Positions 29,078-42,545 are shown, counted from the first letter of the stretch. The stretch: DNA of 64,000 bases from Eledone cirrhosa (GCA_964016885.1 OZ024759.1:14446001-14510000), one strand, 5' to 3'. The notes: generated by a model from the letters alone, not told the origin. Program-made: numbers and translations.

Positions 29078-29347
29078 TCTACAACATCAGTCATAACGAA
29101 TGATGTGACATGTGATGAGCAGTCATTCCTGAAGTCTACTAAACTGCTGAAGATGGTGATGACGATGGTGATGATGTTGATGACGATAACGGTGATGATG
29201 GTGATGACGATGGTGATAATGGTGATGGTTATGATGATGTTGTTGATGATGTTTCTTTTACAATAGATTGACGTCATCAGATTTTTTGGCTGTCCCTTCT
29301 TTCTGTCCTATATTTTATATATATATATATACATGCATATATATATA

Positions 29348-29595
29348 CATGGTGGCTGCCAACTCGTTTTCGAGTACGGCCACTACTTTATATCCATGTA
29401 GGAGAACTCCTACCGATGCGCTGAACGAGTGTGACTTTTTAGTCTAGCCAGCGACTTGAAAACTCTGGTACAAACACTACACCTGTGACAATTATTGACA
29501 CATAGTGCTGGGCCCATGGTACCATGTGCCGACGAGTGCAGAGAGATCTCCAGATTTAAAGCAATGCTTGTGCCGTGAAGCTTTTATAGTGAGCA
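29348..29595 (-). pseudogene. 3' end of an older RTE LINE (last C2H2 finger, stop, short 3' UTR with terminal hairpin)
   Basis: Minus frame HRCSVCTRVFKSLARLKSHTRSAHR* (29410-29487), then TGGCCGTACTCGAAAACGAGTTGGCAGCCACCAT. Confidence 0.75.
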
Positions 29596-29612
29596 ATATA
29601 CATACCTACATA

Positions 29613-29673
29613 AATAATAATAATAATGGCTGCCCCCTCGTTATCGAGTATGGCCATTGCACAAGAAAAAAAA

Positions 29674-29706
<33 letters not shown>

Positions 29707-29726
29707 AAAAAAAAAAAGGAAAAGAA

Positions 29727-29757
<31 letters not shown>

Positions 29758-29827
29758 CATACATACATATATACACACACACATACATACACATACACAC
29801 ACACACATATACACATACATTAATAAC

Positions 29828-29861
<34 letters not shown>

Positions 29862-29936
29862 GCAATAATGATAATAACGACAACAACAATAATAATATAC
29901 ATATTCATATATATATACACACACACGCACATAAGC

Positions 29937-29988
<52 letters not shown>

Positions 29989-31207
29989 TAGCAACTAACA
30001 GTGCTGCGATCGAATGTGGCTTTTTAGCCCAGCCAATGATCTAAAATGTCTTGCACAGAGTCGGCAACCAAAACATTTACTGGGAATAGTCGGCTGTGGT
30101 TGGAGTTCGTGAACTTTTGCATGTCGCTTGAGCCCTCCTGCTGATTTACATTCTCTACCACATGTTTGGCAAGCATGATGAGTAGCATCTCCAACAGCAG
30201 CCTGGTAGTCAACCACTGGTCTTACTTTATGACTGCGAAGATGACTTTCGTGTCCAGCTTTGCTTAGGCAGAGTCTCGCACAGACGCTGCATGTCAGAAC
30301 CATAGGAGGACCCTCGCCGTCTGGAAGTGCAACAGCAATGCCCTTCCTCACGTCCCGCTTTACTTTCTCGTGTGCGATTCGAGATGCCTCAAAGGCAACT
30401 TTTCCCTCATATACAGTCTTTCTCCATTTATTACGATCAGCAGCAATATTTTCCCATGTATCAGCAGAGATGTTAGCGTCTTTCAGAGAGGCTTTCAAGG
30501 AATCCTTATACCTCTTTTTTGGTTTATGTGGCGGTCGTTTTCCTTTAACCAACTCTCCATAGAAGAGTTGTTTTGGTATTCTAGAATCCTTCATCCTGGC
30601 AAGGTGACCACTCCAATGGAGTCGCTGCTTAAGCACAAGAGCTTCTATACTGTCACACATAGAGCTTTCCAAAATCTCGACATCACTGATGTGGTCCCTC
30701 CAGTGAACGCCATGGATCCGTCTGAGACACATCTGATGGAAACGCTCCAATTGCTTAAGGTGGCGTCGATATGTGACCCAGGTCTCGCAGGCATAAAGAA
30801 GACAAGAGAGTACACATGCCCTGTACACCTTTACCTTTGTCCTCCTGCATATGTCTCGCCGACCCCAGAGTCGCCTTTCTAGCTTTCCGAAAGCATCACT
30901 TGCTTTCCTAATCCTAAGTGAGATTTCACTGTCAAGGTTGCCGTATCGATTGACAGTGCTTCCCAGGTAGACAAACTGATCAACCACTCCAAGTCGTTTG
31001 CCATACACATAGATGTTTGGTTCAGTGTACTGCTTACCAGGGGCAGGTTGGTACATGACGACGGTTTTCTTGAGACTGACAGTCAAACCCAGGGCAGTGC
31101 AAGCGTCAGAAAATACATTCAAAATGTGCTGCATATCACTCTCTGTGTGCGCTACAAGATCGCAATCATCTGCATACAAGAGGTCTCTTATGACTGATGC
31201 AAATACT
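29613..31207 (-). mobile_element. 5'-truncated RTE-clade LINE with 16-bp target-site duplication
   Basis: TATACATACCTACATA at 29597-29612 and 31208-31223; (ATT)n tail; uninterrupted ORF inside. Confidence 0.9.
29995..31206 (-). CDS. Truncated RTE ORF: RT catalytic motif, thumb, C-terminal region and three C2H2 zinc fingers
   Basis: [46 protein letters not shown]; fingers CSVC..HLRSH, CQTC..HAKVH and CRLC..HIRSQH. There is no true start; the frame is cut at ~31206. Confidence 0.88.
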   Translation of the reverse strand, partial: VFASVIRDLLYADDCDLVAHTESDMQHILNVFSDACTALGLTVSLKKTVVMYQPAPGKQYTEPNIYVYGKRLGVVDQFVYLGSTVNRYGNLDSEISLRIRKASDAFGKLERRLWGRRDICRRTKVKVYRACVLSCLLYACETWVTYRRHLKQLERFHQMCLRRIHGVHWRDHISDVEILESSMCDSIEALVLKQRLHWSGHLARMKDSRIPKQLFYGELVKGKRPPHKPKKRYKDSLKASLKDANISADTWENIAADRNKWRKTVYEGKVAFEASRIAHEKVKRDVRKGIAVALPDGEGPPMVLTCSVCARLCLSKAGHESHLRSHKVRPVVDYQAAVGDATHHACQTCGRECKSAGGLKRHAKVHELQPQPTIPSKCFGCRLCARHFRSLAGLKSHIRSQHC

Positions 31208-31224
31208 TATACATACCTACATAC

Positions 31225-31332
<108 letters not shown>

Positions 31333-31408
31333 ATATATATATTTATGTATATATATATATATATATACATACATAGATACATACATACATATATATATAT
31401 ATACACAC

Positions 31409-31485
<77 letters not shown>

Positions 31486-32261
31486 ATGTATGTATAATAT
31501 ATATGTATGTGTATACATAAATATACATACACATGAACACATTAGCATATATCTACACACACACACACATATATAACATACCGGTATGCATATATAAATA
31601 ATAGATATTTACAAACATGTTTGTTAGTCGGAACAAACATGCTACGAATGTGCTCAATGCTAGAGCTAAAGTACAAATTATTTATAAATGTATGGTTTAT
31701 TAGAAAACATGTTGACATCCTGTTTATCTCGTTAGCACAGAAAAAATACAGGTAAACACACACATACCGGTAAACACACAAATATGTAACAAACATAAGA
31801 ACTCGCCAAGTGTTTTAGTATATCTTTTATATATAGATATACGACTATCTGTAGCTCTTGAAAATTTACACACATTTAACACGTTTACACATTCAGATCA
31901 TATATCTCATTAAGTAAGTTATGAACCAACCTGAATTATTCGGATCCCTCTCCCGATATATATATATATATAATTGGTGTTGGATGCTTAAAGCGTTCGT
32001 TGGAGCACTCGATGCTCTCATAGAGCAGAATATGATATCACCAAAAAATAGAGAATCGTCGCAACACTGATTCTCTTTTTTTTTGTGATATATATATATA
32101 TATACATTGTTATACTTTGGGAGGGTCATGTTGCCAATAAGAAACACACGCACCAGTTGCTTTCACTTCAATTTATTATATATTTATAAATTTATAAATT
32201 TACAAATCTATAAATTTCTGGTTGGTTGGTTGGTTTCACAACCAGATAGTTGTTTATATAT

Positions 32262-32306
32262 AGTCATAGTTCTTTCGTCACACACTCTGTGACCTCTTCA
32301 GTGACT
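32262..32306 (-). ncRNA. Minimal type I hammerhead ribozyme in the PLE 3' repeat
   Basis: AGTCA-CTGAAGA-G-GTCACA-GAGTG-TGTGAC-GAAA-G-AA-C-TA-TGACT, on the same strand as the ORF. Confidence 0.8.
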
Positions 32307-32508
32307 GGGGATTCCTTTCTTTGTTTCTGTGCCTCTCCTTTGTTCTGTCCTACGCCATTTTGTTTCTGTGTGTGTGTGTTGTGTGCTCAGTCTGCGCATG
32401 CGCCACATCCGGGTGTCTGTGTGTGTTTATGTTCATTTATCTATTTGTTTATTTACATGTTACTGGTTGGTTGTTTGTTCTATGTGTGTGTGTGTTTTCA
32501 TTTTGTCC

Positions 32509-33800
32509 TTAATTGTAAGTTGTGATGTTGCTGTTCCACTCATATTTTCTATTTAATTTTGGTTGTAATTCTTTTATGTTTATTGCCTCTGTAATTTGTC
32601 TAAACATTGCGTCTTTTCTGTGTGTAGATTCTATTTTTATTTCTATGTTCTCTAATTTACCCTTGTGTTCTATCTTAGCATGTTGGTAGAGTACAGATGA
32701 TTCTTTATTATCTTGAAGGTCTCGCCAGTGTTCATTTATCCGTTCCCCTACACTACGAGCTGTCTCACCTATGTACACTATATTTGTGTCTCTACATTGT
32801 CCTTCAGTACATCTTATGCTATACACTACATTTCTAGTTTTACAGTTAATATGGGGGCTTATTTTACAGGTTACACATTTCTTATCTATACATGAGGGTC
32901 TTTGAAAAGGGTATGTCTTGCTAATAAGTGTTTTTACGGAGGTACCTGATCTTTCTACTATCTTAATATTGAGTTTATGTTTATTTAGGGCCCTTCTAAA
33001 TTTGTAAGCTACTTCACCTCTAGGGGTTGTATCGATGAACATTACACTCTGGTATTTATTGCTATCATACCATGAGTTTATTCTATTAGCCTTGTTCCTA
33101 GTTCTTTCTATTCTATTCCAAAATTTGCTCCTATACAAGGGGCAGGTCCCATTTATGTCATTATTTACCATTTTTTCCCATTTGGTTCTGGCTCTTCTAT
33201 ACACTCTGATTCTATCTCTCTGATTGTAGCCAGAGAACTGCATACGGTGGATGAAGTGTTGTATGTGTCTCTCTAGTTCTTCGGGGTTGCACATGCGGGA
33301 CACATTTCTCATCACCCGTACCAAATCCGCAATCAGTATGTTGATTTTGGTATGGTCCAAAATGGCCAAGTTTCGGTGGATCAGATGTTTGGAAGTCATG
33401 GGTTTGGCATAATGGGAATGGAGGATTTGTTTTTTGTTGTTAATGGTATCTAACCAGAGCTCTGTGTCTAGTACAGGTAATCGATGGTTGGGGTGTTTAC
33501 TTGGGTAGTCTATAGTAACTCTAATGCTCTGGTGGATGGAGTTTGCTATTTGCTGGATGCTTTCCATTGTGTTTTTCTCTAGTTCCTGACTGTTCTCTAG
33601 TGGGGGTGTCTTAACTACGATGTTTATATCATCTACGTAGCGGGAGTACATTATCAGGGTTAAGGGGTCTTCTAATTGTTCTTTAAGTTTAAGTTTAAGT
33701 CTACTGTCCCACCATACCATGAATAAGTTAGCTATGTCGCCTGCAATGCTAACACCAATGGCTGCTCCTTCCTCTTGGGCATATGTTTTTCCAAAAAAAA
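32509..33800 (-). CDS. PLE polyprotein C-terminal part: RT palm/thumb, Cys-rich linker, GIY-YIG endonuclease
   Basis: YAQEEGAAIG, YSRYVDDI, LPVLD, HYAKP, CIDKKCVTC..C, NVVYSIRC..YIGETARSVGERINEH. The first ~23 aa of the tracked ORF come from the inversion junction. Confidence 0.9.
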
Positions 33801-34307
33801 CATATGCCCAAGAAAAACATATGCCCAAGAGGAAGGAGCAGCCATATCTGGTTGTGAAACCAACCAACCAACCAGAAATTTATAGATTTGTAAATTTATA
33901 AATTTATAAATATATAATAAATTGAAGTGAAAGCAACTGGTGCGTGTGTTTCTTATTGGCAACATGACCCTCCCAAAGTATAACAATATCGGTTTCAACA
34001 CATGATTTCAGATAAAGAATCTTGCTAAACAAATTCAGAAACGAAATATATATATACATATATATATATATTAATAGGAGCGGTGAAAAACAACCACGCA
34101 AGACAACCACACCCACTATAAACCATAAACGTGTTTCTGTCTTTGCGCGTAATTGTTTTTCACCGTTCCTATTAATGACGTATTATTTGTTTTTTCCCGT
34201 TCTTTGCCAGCGAACGTTTCCACGAACCAAAGTATCGTCTTCCTGTCTTCCTCCGGTTGCAACGTTTTTTGAAATATCTAGTTCTGCGTTTACAGATTGA
34301 CTTTGCT

Positions 34308-34358
34308 AGTTTCAGAAGATCCCGTTAAGGGTGAAAGCAGCGATTCTTTGCTTAAACT
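34308..34358 (+). ncRNA. Variant type I hammerhead (family H4; core CAGAAGA, CUU triplet)
   Basis: AGTTT-CAGAAGA-T-CCC-GTTAA-GGG-T-GAAA-GCAG..TTGC-TT-AAACT, within the module 34071-34470 that starts with a hairpin. Confidence 0.6.
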
Positions 34359-34465
34359 TTAATCTGTTATTTTAATAAATATTTGCTCTACGGTTCTTAT
34401 ATATTTGATATATATTTATCCTTATCGAGCCCTCTTTGGATTTTAGTCTTCAAATTTATTATTAT

Positions 34466-34513
<48 letters not shown>

Positions 34514-34515
<2 letters not shown>

Positions 34516-34893
34516 CAATTCCAACCCACCCGTCCCCTCAATCTATCTTATTTCTCATTCTTTCTTCTGACGAAGGACTAGCGTCACGTTAAAACCCTCT
34601 TCCTGCTATATCAAGCGTTAACCTAATATATCCCTTCCATATATTCTACCGATTGTGTTGTTATTTCTGTTTACCGTTTACATATATATATATACAGGGC
34701 AAAATGTGTGTGTGTGTGTGTAAAAGGTAAACAGAAATAACAACACAATCGGTACAGTATATAGAAGGGATATATTGGGTTAACGCTTGAAATAGCAGGA
34801 AGAGGGTCTTAACGTTTCGGACGCTAGTCCTTCATCCTGAAGAAAGAATAAGAAATAAGATAGATTGAAGGGACGGGCGGGGTGAAATTGGAA
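34514..34893. mobile_element. Inverted pair of family H5 hammerhead modules around a TA/TG spacer
   Basis: 34514-34680 pairs with 34721-34893. Consensus TCTT-CTGA(T/C)GA-A-GGAC-TAGC-GTCC-GAAACGTTA-AGA. Relatives at ~8125, ~40290 and ~60190. Confidence 0.7.
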
Positions 34894-34937
34894 AAAATGT
34901 CTTTAGATAAAAATAACAGGTCCATTCATGTTGAAAT

Positions 34938-35220
34938 GTGGAGGCACGTGACCAAGTGGTAAGGGTGTTGGATTTACGATCATAATGTCATGGCTTCCGT
35001 TCCTGGGTTGCGTGTTGTGTTCTTGAGCAAATCACTTCATTTTACGTTGCTCCAGTATACTCAGCTGAAAATGAGTACCAGCAATAGCTGGGAGTTTAAC
35101 CCTGTGATGGACTGGTGTCCTGTACAGGGGGGAGTTTTGTACTCTCAGTCGCTTCACGCAAGAAACCGGTATAAGCACTGGCCAATTCAGCCTTCTGGCT
35201 TAAGACAGACGTTAGACTTT
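34938..35220 (+). mobile_element. SINE S2 with an alternative tail
   Basis: tRNA-like head, GTTCTTGAGCAAATCACTT core, tail AACCCTGTGATGGACTGGTGTCC (also at 28170-28325). Confidence 0.7.
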
Positions 35221-35261
35221 AGATACACACACACACACATACACACACACACACATACACG

Positions 35262-35313
<52 letters not shown>

Positions 35314-36338
35314 ATGGATTGGTACTTTTATCATCGACCTCGAAAGGATGACAAACAAAGTTGAACTCGGCGACGTTTTAGCGACTCTGTTCGTAAGAGG
35401 CCTACACTAGTATGTATAAATCTACATACATACATACATATATACATACATATATACATACATACGTATGTATATATATAAACATACATATACACATATA
35501 TACATATATACATATGTATATATATAAACATGCATATATACATACATAAGTATATATATAAACATACATATATATATATATATGTACATGCATGCATACA
35601 TACATGCATATATACATATATACATTCATATAAATATATATAAACATACATATACTTATATACATATATACATATATACATACATGCATGCATACAAACA
35701 TACATGCATGCATACATAAATACATACATAAATACATACACGCATACATACGTACGTACATACATACATACATACATACATACATACATACACACATACA
35801 TACATACATACATACATACATACATACATACATACATACATACATAGGTAGGTACACATTTTTGAAGTGGTAGTGTCAAGTGTCGTTAAGTGAGCAGCAA
35901 AAGTCACTATAACTAAGGTCAAAGACCACGAAAGGACATTCTTATCAAAGCCGTATAGACATTACATAGACATCTTCGTTTCTTATGTAACAAAATACTG
36001 GAATTATACATACTAGTAGAAATAGTTTCCTCCAGGCAGTTTTATATGTGTACAGCTGTTCCGTCGGACCTCCGTCTGTTCCGACGACTACTGCAATGCC
36101 ATATATATATATTTTTTAAAATTGTCGATCGACTTTCGTCAAATCGGACCGAGGAGACAATGTTTCCTTTGGTCTTTCCAATTGCGAATACTATCTGTCG
36201 GTCGCAACTCCACGTAGGAGCAACGTTAAATATATATATATATATATTGTTATACTATATAGTAATATATATACTATATAGTAATATATATAGTAATATA
36301 TACTATATAGTAATATATATAGTAATATATATATATAG

Positions 36339-36380
<42 letters not shown>

Positions 36381-36538
36381 ATACTATATAGTAATAATAA
36401 TAAATGTGAAAACCAAAATCAAAAGAGGGCTCGATAAGGATAAATATTTATCAAATATATAAGAACCCTAGAGCAAATATTTATTAAAATAACAGATTAA
36501 AGTTTAAGCAAACTTTAATCTGTTATTTTAATAAATAA

Positions 36539-36573
<35 letters not shown>

Positions 36574-36732
36574 AATATATATTTCAAAAATTCAAAAATT
36601 CTAATTTAGTCCAGAAATAGCCGTCGAAACGGCTTGAGCTCTGCCGTCGGGAGTCATACCTTTTCCTATTACCCACTGTATTGAGTACTCTCGTGCGTTA
36701 TGGTCCATCTGGTTCCTTACCACAATTCCTTC

Positions 36733-36924
<192 letters not shown>

Positions 36925-36970
36925 AGGGTGTTAAAGTTTGCTTGAAGCATTGTGAAATGTGTAAATTACG

Positions 36971-38184
<1,214 letters not shown>

Positions 38185-38671
38185 AGAGCTAACTTTAGTC
38201 TCATAAACCCGACTGTTATTTTAAGCAGCATAAGTATGCCACGAGCGACTATGGTTTTGCACCTAGAAAATTTCCCTCCATGGCACAAGCCTGGGCAAGA
38301 TTTATTTGTGGATGACCAGCAGTCGCCCATACATACCAGCCTCTGTCCAATACAACTTTTGCTACTGCTGTTACTGCTGCTGTTGCTACTATTATTATTT
38401 TTGTTGTTATTGTATTTTGTTGTTGTGTTGTTGTTATTGTTCACTCGAAATGACGTCAATGCTGGAAACAATTCTACCATATCCACTTTCTATGCCTTTG
38501 TTTGTTCTTTCTGAAATAATATCTTTAGCCTCATGCTAGTGACCTCAAGTGCCTGATAGTTTGGATATTAAATTCATGATGATGGGATCGTTCTTTCTAT
38601 TGCTGATCTGAGTGATGCATCGTTGTTGTTTTTAAGCAAATTGTTGTTTTCTTCTCGTTACTCCTTCAGCC

Positions 38672-38764
<93 letters not shown>

Positions 38765-38875
38765 CATATATATATATATATATATTGTGTGAGTATATAA
38801 GAATGGAAGTTAGTAAAATCGAATTTTCGACGAGTATTGTTCCAGGCCATGTCTAACTTAATACCATATATATAT

Positions 38876-38943
<68 letters not shown>

Positions 38944-39179
38944 TATTTTATAGGTCAAACCTTGGGAGAAAGATTTATAGGTTAGTTCAGCTACTTAAGA
39001 GATGGGAAACACTTAGTTCCATTGAATTCACTGAATAAATAAATAGATTGTTTCCTTTTCTTTATTTCAGTAGTTAGAGTGAACTTATGGCGTTCAAACC
39101 CATTGAAGTGTTTTAGTCAATCATAACCATCCCACCACTCTTGTTATTTTCAAGACTGATACTGATTTTTCTTCGAACA

Positions 39180-39406
39180 ATTTCTGCTTTCACCCTAAGC
39201 GGGATCTTACAGAAGCCCCCACTTAAGCCGAACAAATGTGAAGACGAAAATCCAATGAGGCTCGATTAGGATAAATATATATAAAATATATAAGAACCCT
39301 AGAGCAAATATTTATTAAAATAACAGATTAAAGTTTAAGCAAAGAATCACTGCTTTCAACCTGAAGATCCCGTTAAGGTTGAAAGCACCGATTCTTTGCT
39401 TAAACT
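39180..39406. mobile_element. Family H4 fold-back module; hammerhead with canonical CTGAAGA at 39361
   Basis: Matches 34308-34470 and 59980-60180. Confidence 0.65.
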
Positions 39407-39526
39407 CCGATATAAAACATGCGGCTCAGTAGTTACCGACGATGTTGATCTTTTCTTCTTTTCGGGCTATAGTTACTGTCGCTCATAGAGTGGGATTGGC
39501 TCAGCGCACAGTCTTTCCTCACTTTT

Positions 39527-39825
39527 AAAACCGCTTGTGACTTCAAGACCCGACTCTACCAGCACCGACATACTTTCCGAAACCCGGTCCGGCGACATGC
39601 CACTACACTTTCGGGCCATATCTGGGACCTCAAAGATAATAATATAACCTACAATCTCATTTGGAGCTTACTGTCCAGAGCTAACCCTTACACGGGAGGA
39701 CGCCATCCGCCTAATTTATACTCGGAGGAAACATTACAAATGGTATTTTCGAAGGACCAACTCCTAAACAAGAAAGACAAACTGGTAACCGCATGCAAAC
39801 ACAGATTGCGTAGGACCTACCTCGC
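39527..39825 (+). pseudogene. C-terminal GIY-YIG endonuclease fragment of a second PLE family (absent from the ORF track)
   Basis: Hand translation: KTACDFKTRLYQHRHTFRNPVRRHATTLSGHIWDLKDNNITYNLIWSLLSRANPY...NLYSEETLQM...LLNKKDKLVTACKH. Confidence 0.75.
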
Positions 39826-39881
39826 TCTCAATGCCAAAGTTTGGTGCTAGTCCCTCTAGGATTTTCCATATGTACGTATAT

Positions 39882-39887
<6 letters not shown>
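39826..39887 (-). pseudogene. Tiny CR1/L2-group LINE C-terminal scrap
   Basis: YIWKILEGLAPNFGIE resembles the YxWKIxxGL motif that follows RRER. Confidence 0.45.
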
Positions 39888-39949
<62 letters not shown>

Positions 39950-40787
39950 ATCCTTATCGTGCCCTCTTCGGATTTTGGTCTTTGTATTTATCATCCATTC
40001 TTTTATCCATTTCAACATCCCAGATGTTACAGGTCGAAGGAAAGGGGCCTACACCAACACTGGGCTGGTACTTTACTTTCTTTATCGACTTCGAAACGAT
40101 GGAAGGCAAAGTGTATCTTGGCGGGTTTTTCACTCAGAACGCAGTGACTCGGAACAAATACTCAATGCTCCAGCAACTCTGCCAAAGTTGCATCATGGCT
40201 GACTGAATACACACGTTTTTTCTCTCAAAATATTTTTCCCTTCATTCCTCTTTACATATTTCTGTTTCATCTTTTATTTTTCATTCTATCTTCTGATGAA
40301 GGCTAGTCGCCGAAAGGTAATTGCTCTTTCCCTACCAAATAAAACATTAAACTAATATATTTATTCACTGTACTGTGTCGTCTGCTTTGTCATTTGTTGT
40401 CGTTTCCTTTTATTTATTTTTTTGCACAAATTCACACATACATATATATAAACATACATTAACAGATATATAGTTTGTTTCATTGTTACAAGTGTATGAA
40501 ATGAATCGTGACATGCTTTGTTGAATATACGTAAATGAAAGCAGACAATATGTATATGTTTATGTAAGTGTTTGATTTGACCAACTTTAAGGTGAGGTGC
40601 TTTCATACGAAGAACGTATCAACGATAAAAACGGCTGTACTAAGCACATCTCTACACCCTTATACATCATCATGTTTCATATATTATTTATAATACACTA
40701 TTTTGTGATAGTGGATCAGGTTGATGAGTGCCCTAGTTGTTCAGTCAACCTAACATAAACATAGAATACATATGTACATAAGTTTGT

Positions 40788-40822
<35 letters not shown>

Positions 40823-40879
40823 CACACATACACACACACAAACACATATATATATATATGTATATATACATACACACGC

Positions 40880-40912
<33 letters not shown>

Positions 40913-42114
40913 TTATATATACAAAAATATTCATACATACATACATGGTGGCTGCAAACTCTGCTAAGAGAACTGCAATCGCTTGTCAGATTACAGAAAA
41001 TGGTGCACCTTTAGGCTACGGCCAGCCACACGAACCTGTAACAGATCTTGAACAAACACTGCCTGTGCTTTGAAGGTTTCTTTAAGTTGGGAAAGGCCTT
41101 ACACTCAACCAATCCCACTCTCTGAGCATCGAAAACACTACCCGAAAAGGAGAACTGGTCAACATCATCGGATGCTTCCGAAGCCGCAGGTTTTTTTTCA
41201 GAGGTTCCCTCTCCTAGAAAGGTGTTGTGACAACTGGGGGCTTTTCACTCCCAGGTAAAAAAAAAAAGTGCTATTTGGATGGCTGTTGACTCTACTGGGT
41301 TTCTCCGACCTTTGCCGGGTCTTGTATTTCATCCCGCAGGGCGTACAAATATCACTCACCTCACCAAGCTAGCTTGGTGGAGTTGCCGGCTTAGTCACCG
41401 ACAACCTGACCGTGAGACAGATTGTATTGGGTTACATGTTACCACTAGCACTGGGGTCGATAAAATAAAGTACCAGTAATGTACTGGATATTTGCTGGCG
41501 TTGTGCCAAAAGTAGAAACAATTATTTGGGGTCGATTTAATCGACTTTTCCGTCCCCCAAAATTGCTGGCCCTGTGCCTATATAAGAAACCATTATTTGT
41601 GATCCTGCGTCATCTTCTTTTTTAAAGATAAAAAAAAAACTATGAAGCTGACCGTAAGATCGAACCTAGGTGATAATGTTTCTATTGCCCATACTATCTG
41701 TCGGCCGCAATTCCAACCAGAAGGGGCAACGATGTGCAAAGGTGCCGCGTATGAAATCTTCAGCTCACCCCATATAAGTTCATTTCGACTCTACCTAGAC
41801 CACAACATTGTTTGAAACCTGCTTTCAAATTAGCTCTCAACTGTTAGTACTAACTCACTCTTTCATTTAGCTAATATGATAACTTCTAATGCTTACGACA
41901 CATAATATGTTTATAAGGTAACTAGATGAAACAGAGGATGGTTAAATAGTCTGAAAATGTGAAAAAAAAAACAATGACAGAAATATGAGACATCCCCCCA
42001 CACTAACATGTTATCTATGCTGAAAAAAAGAAATACGATTTTGCACATTCTTTTCTTAATTTAAAATACGAAAAAGATTCTTTTGTTTTAGCCCTGGTTC
42101 TGTCAATAATACTA

Positions 42115-42545
42115 ATGTTTCTACTTTTGGCACAAGGCCAGCAATTACCCTAGTAAATGGGTGTAACTCTATGTTGCAAAGGATGGCGTCTGCCCCTCTA
42201 ACGATACTGCCAATGTTTCGACTTTTGGCACAAGGCCAGCAATTACCCTAGTGCATTACTGGTACCTTATTTTATCGACCTCGTAAGGACAAAAGGCAAA
42301 GTCAACCTCGGCTAGATTTGAACTCAGACCGAAAAGGACCGTAACTCTATGTTGCAAAGGATGGCGTCTGGCCCTTTACCGATACTGCCAATCCGAATCC
42401 CAGTCATTACCTCACTGCATTACTGGTGCTTTATTTTATCGACCTCGTAAGGATGAAAGGCAAAGTTTACCTCGACGGATTTGGTCTCAGAACGTAAAGG
42501 GTCATAACTCTATACTGCCAAAATAATGGTTTCTAATTTTAGCAC
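42115..42545 (-). mobile_element. Tandem partial SINE S1 copies
   Basis: Three or more head-to-tail S1 segments. Confidence 0.7.

Larger units (their letters stand above)
32105..34045 (-). mobile_element. 5'-truncated Penelope-like element (Neptune-like) with inverted terminal-repeat copy, inserted in (TA)n
   Basis: RT + GIY-YIG ORF; 143-bp inverted repeat 32106-32248 / 33845-33987; hammerhead in the 3' region; (TA)n on both flanks. Confidence 0.9.

Noticed and set aside
30370-30882. 170-aa plus-strand ORF
   Set aside because: Antisense shadow of the RTE ORF.
33801-33867. Start and N-terminus of the 452-aa ORF
   Set aside because: Derived from the inversion junction, not a real PLE N-terminus.
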